Shown here: in pieces, positions 47,301 to 55,799 of the stretch
Position numbering within the stretch: the first letter of the stretch is position 1
How the letters are laid out: each line of letters opens with the position of its first letter
Virus record (IMG/VR): IMGVR_UViG_3300049157_000049
Coordinates: 1-61,531 of that record
DNA: 61,531 nucleotides
Source of the DNA: a virus
Lineage: Duplodnaviria > Caudoviricetes
Reading direction: 5' to 3' (one strand)
Made by a program: the position numbers and the translations under genes
The notes under the pieces: model-generated
The model's input: only the letters and a program-made list of their open reading frames with translations
Told to the model about the DNA's origin: nothing
Database searches by the model: none

Positions 47301-48349
47301 TGTCGCACTTGGTCCCAACAATTAATGACGGTCCCGGGGCCGGTCCCTGTCGCGGTTGTTCCCGCAGATGTGAAATCGCCGCTGCTACCCCGATTGCTGG
47401 TGAAGTCCCCATTCACGAAAAAGATGAGCGGCTGCACGCCGTCCGCAAGGGAGCCATCTTCGCCAAGATTTTTTGGCGTACTCCCAGAGAAAAACTTGGC
47501 TAGCTCGGTTGAATCATTCGGATTATGTAGTACTGGATGGAACCACAGATTCGCCAGCTCACCGTTTAGTTGTTGAGTGCCCGCTAGTTGCCCGATTTCG
47601 TACTCACCCCCGGTCAAATCGATATCGTTCGCGGGGCTAGCTGTGGACGATCCGACAACTACACCGTCAACCGCTACGTAGGTTGTTGCTGATGTATCGA
47701 AACCTACCATAACATGATGCCAGTCCCCATCCGCCGTAACAGTGACTGAGCTGGTGATGGTAAACATCGTGTTATTTGACGAATCTTTTGCTATGACACG
47801 GATATTGTCGTCATTGTCACGTAGCACGTTGATCCGACCGCTACCGCTAACGTTGTGTGCGAAGATTTGTTGTGTAGTCCCGTCCCCACCGTTGAATTTA
47901 ACCCACGTTGAGAAAGTAGCTACGCTGCTATCAAACGCGCCGGACAAGCTTGCTATTTCGTATTGTGTGTTTGTACCGTTGAAGACAGCGGACTCCCATG
48001 CGGGTGCATCCCAAAACGAGCCATCATCCCAGTTGATAACCGGCGCATCAAAAACCTCATCCACATCGTAGAAAAATGTCCCAACGGTCGCGATGCAATC
48101 CGCGAGGGTGTCAGCTCTTGAGAGTACCTCATCGGCGGTTTTGACGGATATCACATCGCGCACCACGTCATCAAATACGAAGTCGTGCACGGAAACGTAA
48201 GTCGTTCCTGAGTGTAACGACCAATCAGCGACTTCGACTACCGGGCGCAACTCAACAGTCGCTACGCGATTCGGGTCTGTTAAATCGAGAAGCTCATCTA
48301 GATCGGGCGAACCCGTCGTGACACCCAGCCTTCCGTTTCGTGCAGCCAT
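44324..48349 (-). CDS. Large tail-tip/host-specificity protein (~1341 aa) with LamG-like and CBM-like inserts and a C-terminal (CxxX)44 repeat
   Basis: Follows TMP and the Dit-like gene; TGATG coupling at 48349. LamG-like: FNG..TFSTWV..DGDWHHV..VDG..GELANL. CBM-like: NLVTNGDFE. Confidence 0.85.
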   Translation of the reverse strand: MAARNGRLGVTTGSPDLDELLDLTDPNRVATVELRPVVEVADWSLHSGTTYVSVHDFVFDDVVRDVISVKTADEVLSRADTLADCIATVGTFFYDVDEVFDAPVINWDDGSFWDAPAWESAVFNGTNTQYEIASLSGAFDSSVATFSTWVKFNGGDGTTQQIFAHNVSGSGRINVLRDNDDNIRVIAKDSSNNTMFTITSSVTVTADGDWHHVMVGFDTSATTYVAVDGVVVGSSTASPANDIDLTGGEYEIGQLAGTQQLNGELANLWFHPVLHNPNDSTELAKFFSGSTPKNLGEDGSLADGVQPLIFFVNGDFTSNRGSSGDFTSAGTTATGTGPGTVINCWDQVRQLYVNLSDGSDPSDTTVAAVVPFHFASKALILPDLSGNNLVTNGDFENWTGGSPDNFTKTGTGTVDEETTDVKINSSAARLTAADTTVGGQTILTTGNITLVSGHRYRLHGYYKTIGTNATQGVIRVRDNFATPNAFVHTDGTNWEDVASFDGDIDLNNTGDAWKRFIVDFRAESSGNHVVTFETKSGGSGTSIVLYDGIVMERIYRYYPYDPRVSNSSIPSLETGSPDIYFAGKQIGSGDVSLINSDGFIERLVAELQWMSQSVIVKIGGAIEASDGTTVELDVNQYFAQMTGLIQRINITDDIATFDLDDERTFFHQQIATDLYSEDDLPNLSLTKTDGRIKPVFFGVKSNITPFRVNVTANDYGVYEVADVSRAPNGIKEITTVYAYTSEEFAGLRLTTERLELVDGTDYTTDVDNGRFTISRDVGPYRVLDTNSRLDFNEGGAELTAELTSGLYTAQSLAAHVQTQLRDAGAADWNCAYSNTTHQITVSKDAGTANLLTKTGSHSSSTGWGLLGFNLGDDNTGSLSYEADNAIFDDVDRDHILRTDAKGYRDDASGTFTGTADALIEIGADILQTLLVRFMGKPSSAIDTTSFLFARDTAAESLSIYLRESTSTSEIFDTLERSNLGNIIIDGSGKIFYQIYVGTVADNITTVFDYDISDFSSSRASNEVFAKIRVDFDQDPSRGTFESVERSDTSVSVLLGRPDIKPVETYLKITDNAESLASRILELSSSAARKIQGTVIGGKLMRKEVGDKFKILKRRGLGKSGQISNEIFRIISLSKDALSGLVQFTATDDRVTVASQACVNECQGFCQSSCQSTCQQSCQDTCEIACQETCEASCQIACQSACQDTCQLACQSTCELTCQDTCQSSCQATCELACQGGCEGGGCQTPCESSCQTACELGCQSPCESSCQTVCQQGCQSGCQITCQTGCQVTCQSTCEVSCQSNCELNCQSTCELNCQVGCQTHCQSQCQSICQSGRESGDEDL
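44351..44881 (-). repeat. Coding tandem repeat of 44 Cys-x-x-x units (12-nt period)
   Basis: CVNE CQGF CQSS CQST...CQSI CQSG; Q or E follows Cys in 43 of 44 units; one 5-residue unit (CEGGG). Confidence 0.97.
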
Positions 48350-49464
48350 CAGCCTAAAGACTCCTGAATTGGCACGGCGATGCGCCAATGGGTCGGGGGC
48401 ACTTCTGTAATAGCTAGTGGAGATGCGCTGTGACAATATAGCATATCGGTTGAGTCATTTTGCGGGTCGAAGAAAAAGAACAGCGGCCGGCCTATCCGCC
48501 GGTCCCCAGACATCGTCTCGAAACTTGTTTTGTCAGCGTTGGTCATGCCCATGAACTCGATGCTAAATTGGCGCGCAGCCTGCTTAACGTTTTGGAACCC
48601 TGCGCCTTGATCTGCTAACTGAATAGCTGTAAGCTCCACACGGTCGATCGCCATTTCGAAGGCGTGCGCCCGGGAAGGTTGAAAATAGGCGCCTACAAAA
48701 GCCACACCTATACTGTTGTACCCGGTGCTCGACTGCACATCGTCAAATTCAAGCTGCCAAAAGCGATAAGTCTGCTCACTGAAAAAATCTAAGCGGAAGG
48801 TGTCATCTGTGTTGCTATCTGCGAGCACTTGGCTGAACGCGGGAGAGATCCAGCTATCGGATGAATTGCCATGAAGGGTCACGGTCCCCGTGCTATCAAT
48901 ATTGTGGTCAAGCACGATACCCAGCTCTACCGTCTGCGCTTGGGGAAGGACATAAGTGATCCGATGGCGCGATTGGTGGCTGGCGTTATCCGCAGTGTAC
49001 GACGTAGCACCAGTGTCGTCCGCAGAGACATCGAACCCAAGATCCACACCAATAGATGTTGACGTGTTAGAACCTGTAGACCATTCAAGCCCTATCGTAT
49101 CTGACCCAGTATCTCGCGCGATTACAAATTTGTTCGTCGATGCGTTGTAGGTTACAGAATAGGTATTGTCAGTAGCCGCAGCGTCCATTTGGGTTTCAAT
49201 CTCAGCGGCCATTAACGCGCCCGTCGCGTAGTTGCCCGCTGTGATCGTTGCGGTGGCATCACCGGTGGTACCCTCGGTAAAATCTAATTTGTCATTATAC
49301 CCTGCGACGATAGTCCATCCTGTTTTCGAGCGCCATTGCTTGGAGCGCAGCTGATCAATTGAAAACTTCCCTTTGAAAGTGGGCTGCTCGCTTGATGCGG
49401 CAATCGTTGTTCCCGCGAATTGTAGGAAATTCTGCCATGCGAATCTTGGTGTGACGTCTGCCAC
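48349..49464 (-). CDS. Distal tail (Dit-like) protein with inserted domain
   Basis: Immediately downstream of TMP; C-terminal RQFSIEF...G..RPLFFFFDP pattern. Confidence 0.7.
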   Translation of the reverse strand: MADVTPRFAWQNFLQFAGTTIAASSEQPTFKGKFSIDQLRSKQWRSKTGWTIVAGYNDKLDFTEGTTGDATATITAGNYATGALMAAEIETQMDAAATDNTYSVTYNASTNKFVIARDTGSDTIGLEWSTGSNTSTSIGVDLGFDVSADDTGATSYTADNASHQSRHRITYVLPQAQTVELGIVLDHNIDSTGTVTLHGNSSDSWISPAFSQVLADSNTDDTFRLDFFSEQTYRFWQLEFDDVQSSTGYNSIGVAFVGAYFQPSRAHAFEMAIDRVELTAIQLADQGAGFQNVKQAARQFSIEFMGMTNADKTSFETMSGDRRIGRPLFFFFDPQNDSTDMLYCHSASPLAITEVPPTHWRIAVPIQESLG

Positions 49465-49472
49465 GATTCCCC

Positions 49473-52400
49473 CTAGAAATTTCTCACAGCGGACGGGTGG
49501 ATACGCATCGATCGCTGTTTGGAGCGCCGCTCGATTTCAGGAACCACCGCCCGCGCAACTTCTTTATCCCCGATCATAACAGGAACCACCAACGTAGTAG
49601 TTCCGCCGTTTCGCTGCCCGCGCCCGTCCTTGTCAAAACTGACGCGCTCGGGACCTGCCTCTCCCACGAGAAGGTTGGTGGGGCCGAATGCCGTAAAGGG
49701 CACTGCGGCGGCCGCCCGTCGCTGGCGCCGTGGGACCGGGACCTCACGGAAGCTCGGGATGGAGACGTCGGGTACCCGAATAGAGCCCGCCGCCCGAGCC
49801 GCATCCCGGAAAGTCGACTTCAAGACTCCCACTTGCTCAGCCGCTGTGCGTAGCCCCCCAACAACATCGGTTGTCATCACCGCAGTCAGATCCTTCGCCG
49901 CTTGCTGGGTGTCTTCCATGGCGGCGGTTGAGGTTTCCGCCTGGCCTTCGAGCTCAATGCCGAACGCCTCTGCCAGAGTCGTCATCCCCTCGAAATCCAC
50001 ACCGAGTCTCTCCGCAGCGCGAATCATGCGGAGAATCTGGAATTCACCAGCGGGGCCTAGCTGATCCATCACGGGGATAAGCTGCGCAACGTTGTCATTT
50101 AGGATGCGTTGCGCTTCCGACGCGGAAACTTGGCCGCGCTCCAAGAACGAAAACGTGTCCGCGATGCGCTCGGTGAACATGTCGAGATCTGCCGTACCGT
50201 CCGCCAGCGCTTCGCCGAAGATGCCCCCGAGGGAGACTTGGAGCGCCGTTTCGATGTCGCCACGGTTTTCCTTGATGCCTTCAATCGACTCCAAAAGTCC
50301 TTTAGATATAGCAGTTCCGAAGTTGTCCTTGATGGCGTCCTTGACGTTGGCCTTTTTGAAGATCTTGCCAATGAGCTTCGCGATGCCAAAGCCGCCCGCT
50401 ATCCCGCCACCGATGATAGCTGTCAGAGGATTCGTGAAGAAGCCCCCGAGGGAGCCTAGAATCCCCGCTCCGCCGCCAGCCGCCCCACCACCAAGCCCGG
50501 CGGCTCCCGCGGCGGCGCCTCCTCCTACTGTTGCCGCTCCGCCTCCCCCGCCGAAAAGCCCTCCAATCAGCCCGCCGATACCGCCAATGCCCCCAACACC
50601 GGGGACGCCACCGCCACCAATGCCCGTGATCCCCCCAAGAATTCCGCCTCCACGACCCCCTGTGAAAAGTCCGATGAGCTTGTTGACGGTACCTAGACCA
50701 GACTGAATAGTGCCGAGGAATTTCTCGACGAAGCGGATAGCCTTGCCGAGTGCAGATTCTGCAGAGACTCCGAAGTCATCCATAAGCCCCCTCAGACCAG
50801 ATGTGGCTCGCGACGACCGGTCGAGCGCCTCGTTCCATGTGGTGGTGAGCGGTGGGAGTCCCAGCAACGCCGCGTTCGCTTCCGTGCCGAACTTAGGGAG
50901 CTCCGCAGTGACGTCGCTGATCTCTTCCGGGAGACCCTTGATCGTGTCTTCCCACTCATCCGTCGTGAATACCATTCGCTCCATCGGCGGGAGGTTTGCG
51001 AGCGCTTTGCGGCCAACTTCTTCGATGCTCTTCGCCATCCGGCCGAGCTCCCCGTTGAGCTCGACCCCCTCTTGCTTCGCCGTTTTGATGATGTCCGTAA
51101 CCGAGCGGAGACCCTCCGCTGAGAGCTTCCGCCCTTGCGCATTCAAAATTTCTAGAGCTTTGTTTGTTCGTGTGATCTCTTTTTCGAGACCCCCTGTGCC
51201 GAGAGAGTCGACTAGTCCAAGCACAGAAGAATCAAGCTCATCGAATGTGTCATTGAGGTTTTTAAACGTGGTGGTAAGGTCCTGAGTAGTTTTGTCTACC
51301 TTTTTGGTTACGGACTCGCCAACCTTTGCGACCCCTTGAGATTCCCGCATCGCATTGATGTGATCGTTCATCGCTTTGCGAGCTTCTTTGAGCCCCTTCG
51401 TACTGAACTCGAATGACTTCCCTTGTTCACGGAACATGTCATTCGCTTTGCCGATGAGCCGGATGTCCTCCGCTTGGATGGGGGGATCGAGTTTACCGTC
51501 CATCGTGCGGCGAAGCCCCATCATAGATTCCATTGTGCCTGTGATGGCGTCCCGCATCCCAGTCATTTCTAGGATGAAATTCGTAGCCGCAAACGCCGCG
51601 ACGAAGACAACAAGCCCTGCGAGTATAGGATTCGCCGCAGCAAACTGCAGGAACATAGCCTTTGCGGCAATAAGAGCCTTCGCCATCCACGCAAGAAATA
51701 CTTTTCCTGCAACTGTGATTGCAGCAAACGCGATCGGAAGTTGCCCTGCTGCGGCCGTGAGCGCACCAATCGCTATGAGAAGGGGGCCGAGTGCAGCCAC
51801 TAGTAGGCCAATAACTACAATTACCGTGCGTGTTGTTTGGCTCCATTCGCCGAACCGAGTCACCATCGAAGCCAGCGACTCTAGCATCGGCTTGAAGACT
51901 TCCATCAAGTCCAGCAAAACAGGAATGAGCGCTTGACCGAGCGTGATGCCGATATCAATGATCTGATTCGCCAGCTTGATCAATTGAGACGCGAAAGTCT
52001 CAAAACGTTTCGCAGCCTCTTCATTCAACGCGCCCCCGTTTTGCGCTTGTTCCGCGGCCCTTTTCAACGCGTCGCCTAGAAGATCTGACGCGCTCGCCAC
52101 ACGCAACGATGCGTCTCTGACCCGAATCTGATTCAGCCCGAGCTCTTTCAAAACCTTGAAAGATGAGATCCCTTGCTTGTCGAGATTGCTAAGCCCTACA
52201 ACGAACGCCTCAATTGCCTTAGAGGAATCTTCCTTAAAGGCTTTCGCGAATTCGCTTGATGTCTGCCCGGCTACCGCCGCGAATTTCTGTAGTCTCGCGC
52301 CCCCCTCATCTACGGACGCCGCCAGATCGATGAACAGTCGGGAGAACGCAGTACCGCCCGCTTCCGCCTTGATACCGGCAGACGACAACACCGCACTGAA

Positions 52401-53051
52401 CGCGAGAATTTCGTCTTGACTTAGACCTATCTCTTTACCCGCCGCCGCCAGACGCAACGCAAATTCAACGATTTCGGACTCCGTCGACGCGAAATTGTTG
52501 CCGAGGTCCACGATTACATCACCGACGCGTTCGATATTGGTTCCATCTAAGCCGTCCGTGATGTTCGCAAATCTCGCAAGGGATTTCGCCGCGTCTGCAC
52601 TAGCAATATCTGTCGTGACGCCAAGCTTCGCCATGACGGTCGTAAACTCGACCAGACCATCCGCTTTGACGCCAACCTGACCGGAGACTTCCGCGATTTT
52701 GTTGAGCTCGTTCACGGCCACCGGGAGCGTTGATGTGGCCAGCTTGCGGAATTCACTCTCCAACTTAGCAAACGATGTGGTTGCGGTCTCGTTGACTGTC
52801 TTTTTGACACCGGCGAAAGAGGACTCGAAATCCGCCGCCATCTTAACGGACGCCCCCGCTATAAGGGCCATCGGCGCCGCAAGGCGTGTAATTTGTGACC
52901 CAACTTCGGTGATATCACGGCCCGCTTGGCGGACCTTTTTCGCCATCGATTGGAGGCTCTTAGGAACCCTTTTACGTTCTTTGTCGAACCCTTTTGTAAG
53001 GAGTTTTACGTCTATTGTGAGGGTGCCGAGCGATCGTGTTGGCCCTGCCAT
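49473..53051 (-). CDS. Tail tape measure protein (TP901-type core), 1192 aa
   Basis: ADFESSFAGVKKTV, LGNNFA.TESEI, AEAGGTA; Ala/Gly-rich helices; VGEAGPE near the C-terminus. Confidence 0.95.
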   Translation of the reverse strand: MAGPTRSLGTLTIDVKLLTKGFDKERKRVPKSLQSMAKKVRQAGRDITEVGSQITRLAAPMALIAGASVKMAADFESSFAGVKKTVNETATTSFAKLESEFRKLATSTLPVAVNELNKIAEVSGQVGVKADGLVEFTTVMAKLGVTTDIASADAAKSLARFANITDGLDGTNIERVGDVIVDLGNNFASTESEIVEFALRLAAAGKEIGLSQDEILAFSAVLSSAGIKAEAGGTAFSRLFIDLAASVDEGGARLQKFAAVAGQTSSEFAKAFKEDSSKAIEAFVVGLSNLDKQGISSFKVLKELGLNQIRVRDASLRVASASDLLGDALKRAAEQAQNGGALNEEAAKRFETFASQLIKLANQIIDIGITLGQALIPVLLDLMEVFKPMLESLASMVTRFGEWSQTTRTVIVVIGLLVAALGPLLIAIGALTAAAGQLPIAFAAITVAGKVFLAWMAKALIAAKAMFLQFAAANPILAGLVVFVAAFAATNFILEMTGMRDAITGTMESMMGLRRTMDGKLDPPIQAEDIRLIGKANDMFREQGKSFEFSTKGLKEARKAMNDHINAMRESQGVAKVGESVTKKVDKTTQDLTTTFKNLNDTFDELDSSVLGLVDSLGTGGLEKEITRTNKALEILNAQGRKLSAEGLRSVTDIIKTAKQEGVELNGELGRMAKSIEEVGRKALANLPPMERMVFTTDEWEDTIKGLPEEISDVTAELPKFGTEANAALLGLPPLTTTWNEALDRSSRATSGLRGLMDDFGVSAESALGKAIRFVEKFLGTIQSGLGTVNKLIGLFTGGRGGGILGGITGIGGGGVPGVGGIGGIGGLIGGLFGGGGGAATVGGGAAAGAAGLGGGAAGGGAGILGSLGGFFTNPLTAIIGGGIAGGFGIAKLIGKIFKKANVKDAIKDNFGTAISKGLLESIEGIKENRGDIETALQVSLGGIFGEALADGTADLDMFTERIADTFSFLERGQVSASEAQRILNDNVAQLIPVMDQLGPAGEFQILRMIRAAERLGVDFEGMTTLAEAFGIELEGQAETSTAAMEDTQQAAKDLTAVMTTDVVGGLRTAAEQVGVLKSTFRDAARAAGSIRVPDVSIPSFREVPVPRRQRRAAAAVPFTAFGPTNLLVGEAGPERVSFDKDGRGQRNGGTTTLVVPVMIGDKEVARAVVPEIERRSKQRSMRIHPSAVRNF

Positions 53052-53142
53052 TGTAGCTACCTCTTAAGATGATAGCAGCGGGGCGTGGCGGTAGAGGGGC
53101 ATTTACCGCCACGTACCGTTAGGCACGTTGCCCCGCTACGTG

Positions 53143-53538
53143 TCACCGTTGCTTTGGCTCAACGGTGCCACCCATCATTGAATTAATCATTTTGACCTTC
53201 TCTAACAGCCGCTCCGTCTGTCTTTGTTCGTCGTCTGCACGTTTGCGTTCCTGGTCGGCCATATCGTACGCCAATACGAAATCGTCAATATCGCGCGCCG
53301 TGTAGTTGATGCTCCGCGCGGTCGTCTTGCTGGCCCAAAGTTTTGCCATTTGGACTAACATTTTGTTGAACCCGTTGTGGACCTCGGACGTCAATAACGC
53401 AAAAAGTAGATCCATCCGATGATCCGATATCGGGCTGATTTCGTTGTACGCAATCCAATATGACAACTCCGTAGGTGTCAGTTCCCGCTCCAACTCCCCG
53501 ACAGTCTTTCCCAGCCGTAAGGCTAGGTCGAACATCAA
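53143..53538 (-). CDS. Tail assembly chaperone, gpT-like frame (expressed by -1 frameshift)
   Basis: LALRLGKTVGELE...EL..WIAY...P; open in the -1 frame from the slippery site. Confidence 0.8.
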   Translation of the reverse strand: MMFDLALRLGKTVGELERELTPTELSYWIAYNEISPISDHRMDLLFALLTSEVHNGFNKMLVQMAKLWASKTTARSINYTARDIDDFVLAYDMADQERKRADDEQRQTERLLEKVKMINSMMGGTVEPKQR

Positions 53539-53981
53539 TCGTCTGACGGAGTTGGAGCGGAGTCGTTTTTTGCTTCCTCTTTGATAGACTCCGACATTCC
53601 GTTAAGTCGAAGGGCCGCCGCCGCAATGGTGTTGATCGCTGAACCAGATTTGTTAGCGAGCTTCATCTCTTCACCAGGCTTGAACAGCCACTCGAATTTA
53701 CCCTCTTCTGTCTTCCGGGTGAGAGATAGCGCCGCAATACGCAGCTTGACGTTCTCCGCCGCAATTTCTGTCCCGGAGTCGCCAATTTTGTACTTGATCC
53801 TATTTTCATCTTGCGATTCGGAAAGCGTGCATGACTCGAAATAGTCGCGCCGCGAGATGGAAAGTTGCTGAATCCAGACAGAACGGTCCCAGTCGGGAAT
53901 CTCGACGAGCTCCGTCTTGAGATCGTTGATACGGAGTAGCTCATCGGCGGAGTTGATTTCCATGACCTCTTCGTTTGCCAT
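53535..53981 (-). CDS. Tail assembly chaperone (gpG-like)
   Basis: Between tail tube and TMP; VEIPDW..SVWI..LS...RD. Confidence 0.85.
   Translation of the reverse strand: MANEEVMEINSADELLRINDLKTELVEIPDWDRSVWIQQLSISRRDYFESCTLSESQDENRIKYKIGDSGTEIAAENVKLRIAALSLTRKTEEGKFEWLFKPGEEMKLANKSGSAINTIAAAALRLNGMSESIKEEAKNDSAPTPSDD
53565..53571 (-). other. -1 programmed frameshift slippery heptamer A AAA AAC
   Basis: In-frame gcA AAA AAC near the end of gpG; the -1 frame reads RLRSNSVRRLMFDLAL. Confidence 0.8.
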
Positions 53982-54005
53982 TTTGTTATGCCCCTCTTTA
54001 TGTGG

Positions 54006-54434
54006 TTATGCGAGTGTTGGCTGACCCGTCACGGTGAACGTGATACTTACAGAAAGTTGTTCGCCCACGGGCGCAGATGGATTGAACGCTGTCACGATTG
54101 CCGTGAAAGACCAGGTTGTCGACGAGGGATCCGGGAACACGATCTGGAAGTTTCGCGCGGTTCCGTTCTCCATATCGTTAAGGACACCGGTTGTTGCGTC
54201 GTGAGTTGCGTCCGTAGGGATCCAGTTTACGTCGAACGAAACCTCGCCGCCGTCCTTGAGCCCCGCAATGCGTTCGCGCCATGCGTTTGTTGAACCGTGA
54301 TTTGTCACGTCGACAGGATCGACGCTGAGCCCCAGTCCAATGTCCCGGACTTCCGCGATGGTCGTAAATACTTCCGTCGCGGCGCCGTTTCCTTGTTTGA
54401 GTAGAGTACCGTGTCCAAGAGTCGCTGATGTCAT
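54006..54434 (-). CDS. Major tail tube protein
   Basis: VDVT...S..AWRERIAGLKDGGEVSF...FQIVFPD...WSF...VTGQP. Confidence 0.9.
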   Translation of the reverse strand: MTSATLGHGTLLKQGNGAATEVFTTIAEVRDIGLGLSVDPVDVTNHGSTNAWRERIAGLKDGGEVSFDVNWIPTDATHDATTGVLNDMENGTARNFQIVFPDPSSTTWSFTAIVTAFNPSAPVGEQLSVSITFTVTGQPTLA

Positions 54435-54455
54435 GATTTCGCTCCTTAAGTAAGA

Positions 54456-54815
54456 TTACAGGCCAGGGATTTTGATGATAGCGACTTCCAAGCTCGTCGA
54501 TGTACCTTCCAGATAAAAATTGCCGTCCGTGTTGATCCACCCGGTGAGTTTCATCGGGCCAATTACGGCGAATTCACCTGTAGCCATGACTTGTGTGACG
54601 TCCTCTTGTCGCCCTTGAGGGTCGTCTACTGATTTCAGTACGACGCTTCCCGTGGCCGTTGTTGGGTTCCGGATTACAATCAGTTCGGACCCCGTGAGGG
54701 AGAACTGCTCGCCATTCGTGCTTGTAGTCCCTTGAAAAGCCGTAAATGCGAACGTCGTGAACGCGCCCTCATAAGCGCCAGGGGCCGTGATTTTAGTAAG
54801 TGTGGTTCTCGCCAT
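54456..54815 (-). CDS. Small beta-rich structural protein
   Basis: AAGGAG RBS; within the neck-tail operon. Confidence 0.65.
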   Translation of the reverse strand: MARTTLTKITAPGAYEGAFTTFAFTAFQGTTSTNGEQFSLTGSELIVIRNPTTATGSVVLKSVDDPQGRQEDVTQVMATGEFAVIGPMKLTGWINTDGNFYLEGTSTSLEVAIIKIPGL

Positions 54816-54826
54816 TGCATGTCTCC

Positions 54827-55021
54827 TTAATTGCGGTTCCTGATCAGGCTAGAATGCAATTTTATGATATGGGCGCGCAGAGCTCCCAAGTTATTTAGCG
54901 TGTCAAATTTGCAGTGCGGACACGACATTCTGTAAAGCCCCTCTTTCCACTGAACAACTTCAAATCCTTGCTGCCGTGCTGTCTCTACCATCTGCTTCAC
55001 TACGGATTCTTTTCGTTGCAT
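54827..55021 (-). CDS. Small C2H2 zinc-finger-like protein
   Basis: CPHCKF......LRAHIIKLH. Confidence 0.55.
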   Translation of the reverse strand: MQRKESVVKQMVETARQQGFEVVQWKEGLYRMSCPHCKFDTLNNLGALRAHIIKLHSSLIRNRN

Positions 55022-55030
55022 GAGAGTTTC

Positions 55031-55429
55031 CTAATCACTGTGCATCACGGCTACATCGAAAACTACCAGATGTCGGCTGCGTGATTCGTCCTTACCTACG
55101 GCTGTAGGTGCCCCAATAGGTGAACATGACAAAATACGTGTCGACGGAGTGATTTGCTCATTATAGATTCGGTCAAAAATTTCGTAAGCGGATTCCGCAT
55201 TCGTAAACGCTGTCGAGATATCGACAGCGCGACTGATTACCTCCACGACCGGCCGGAAGATTGTCTCGGTGCCCTGAGTCCTCAGCGGAGGAATCCCCGC
55301 TCGCTGTATCAGGGTCACCATTGTGTCCGGCGAATCTGCCGTGTCAGGCACATGATCGTAAAACAGCATGTCATCCGAAAATCCTCCGGCCCTTAGCAAG
55401 ATTAACATGTCCTTCGTCAATCCAGGCAT
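55031..55429 (-). CDS. Tail terminator-like protein
   Basis: Position; PD...VTL...G...RP.VEVISR...GKDE..R. Confidence 0.7.
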   Translation of the reverse strand: MPGLTKDMLILLRAGGFSDDMLFYDHVPDTADSPDTMVTLIQRAGIPPLRTQGTETIFRPVVEVISRAVDISTAFTNAESAYEIFDRIYNEQITPSTRILSCSPIGAPTAVGKDESRSRHLVVFDVAVMHSD

Positions 55430-55797
55430 TAGAATCCCCTAGCGATGTCGGATAACAACACAACGGCCATTTGCTCAACCGCTTTCTCGAGAAATCGATC
55501 CGTCCCTACCTCGTGGCGAGCGGGTATGTCATGAACAAAAACAGCATATTTTTCAGATTTCCCTGCACCGAATCCGATGGTTATCATTATACCATCTTGA
55601 CGTTTTTCTGGCTCACTAACCTGTCCGGAGTCTCTGAGGTCCCCAGTGCGAACCGGGGTACGACCTTGTGCGACAAGCTTCGTGCGGGCTCCCCAACTTC
55701 CGAGTCCATTTCCGAGATCATTTTGGGTATTCTTCGCCTCATCCCGCAGTGCGCGTTCGATATCATCAAGGTCTTTGTCGAAAACTTTAAATCCCAT
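55429..55797 (-). CDS. HK97 gp10-like neck/tail completion protein
   Basis: TPVRTGDLRDS...YAVFVH...RFLEKA. Confidence 0.8.
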   Translation of the reverse strand: MGFKVFDKDLDDIERALRDEAKNTQNDLGNGLGSWGARTKLVAQGRTPVRTGDLRDSGQVSEPEKRQDGIMITIGFGAGKSEKYAVFVHDIPARHEVGTDRFLEKAVEQMAVVLLSDIARGF

Positions 55798-55799
55798 GG

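Noticed and set aside
50380-50670. Gly-rich tract in TMP as a separate repeat element
   Set aside because: Low-complexity glycine-zipper-like segment in frame within the tape measure protein; common in such proteins.
49497-53067. Long plus-strand ORFs antisense to TMP (and similar ones opposite MCP and 7145-8482)
   Set aside because: Expected antisense shadows of GC-rich, Ala/Gly-biased coding sequence; no RBS or motifs.
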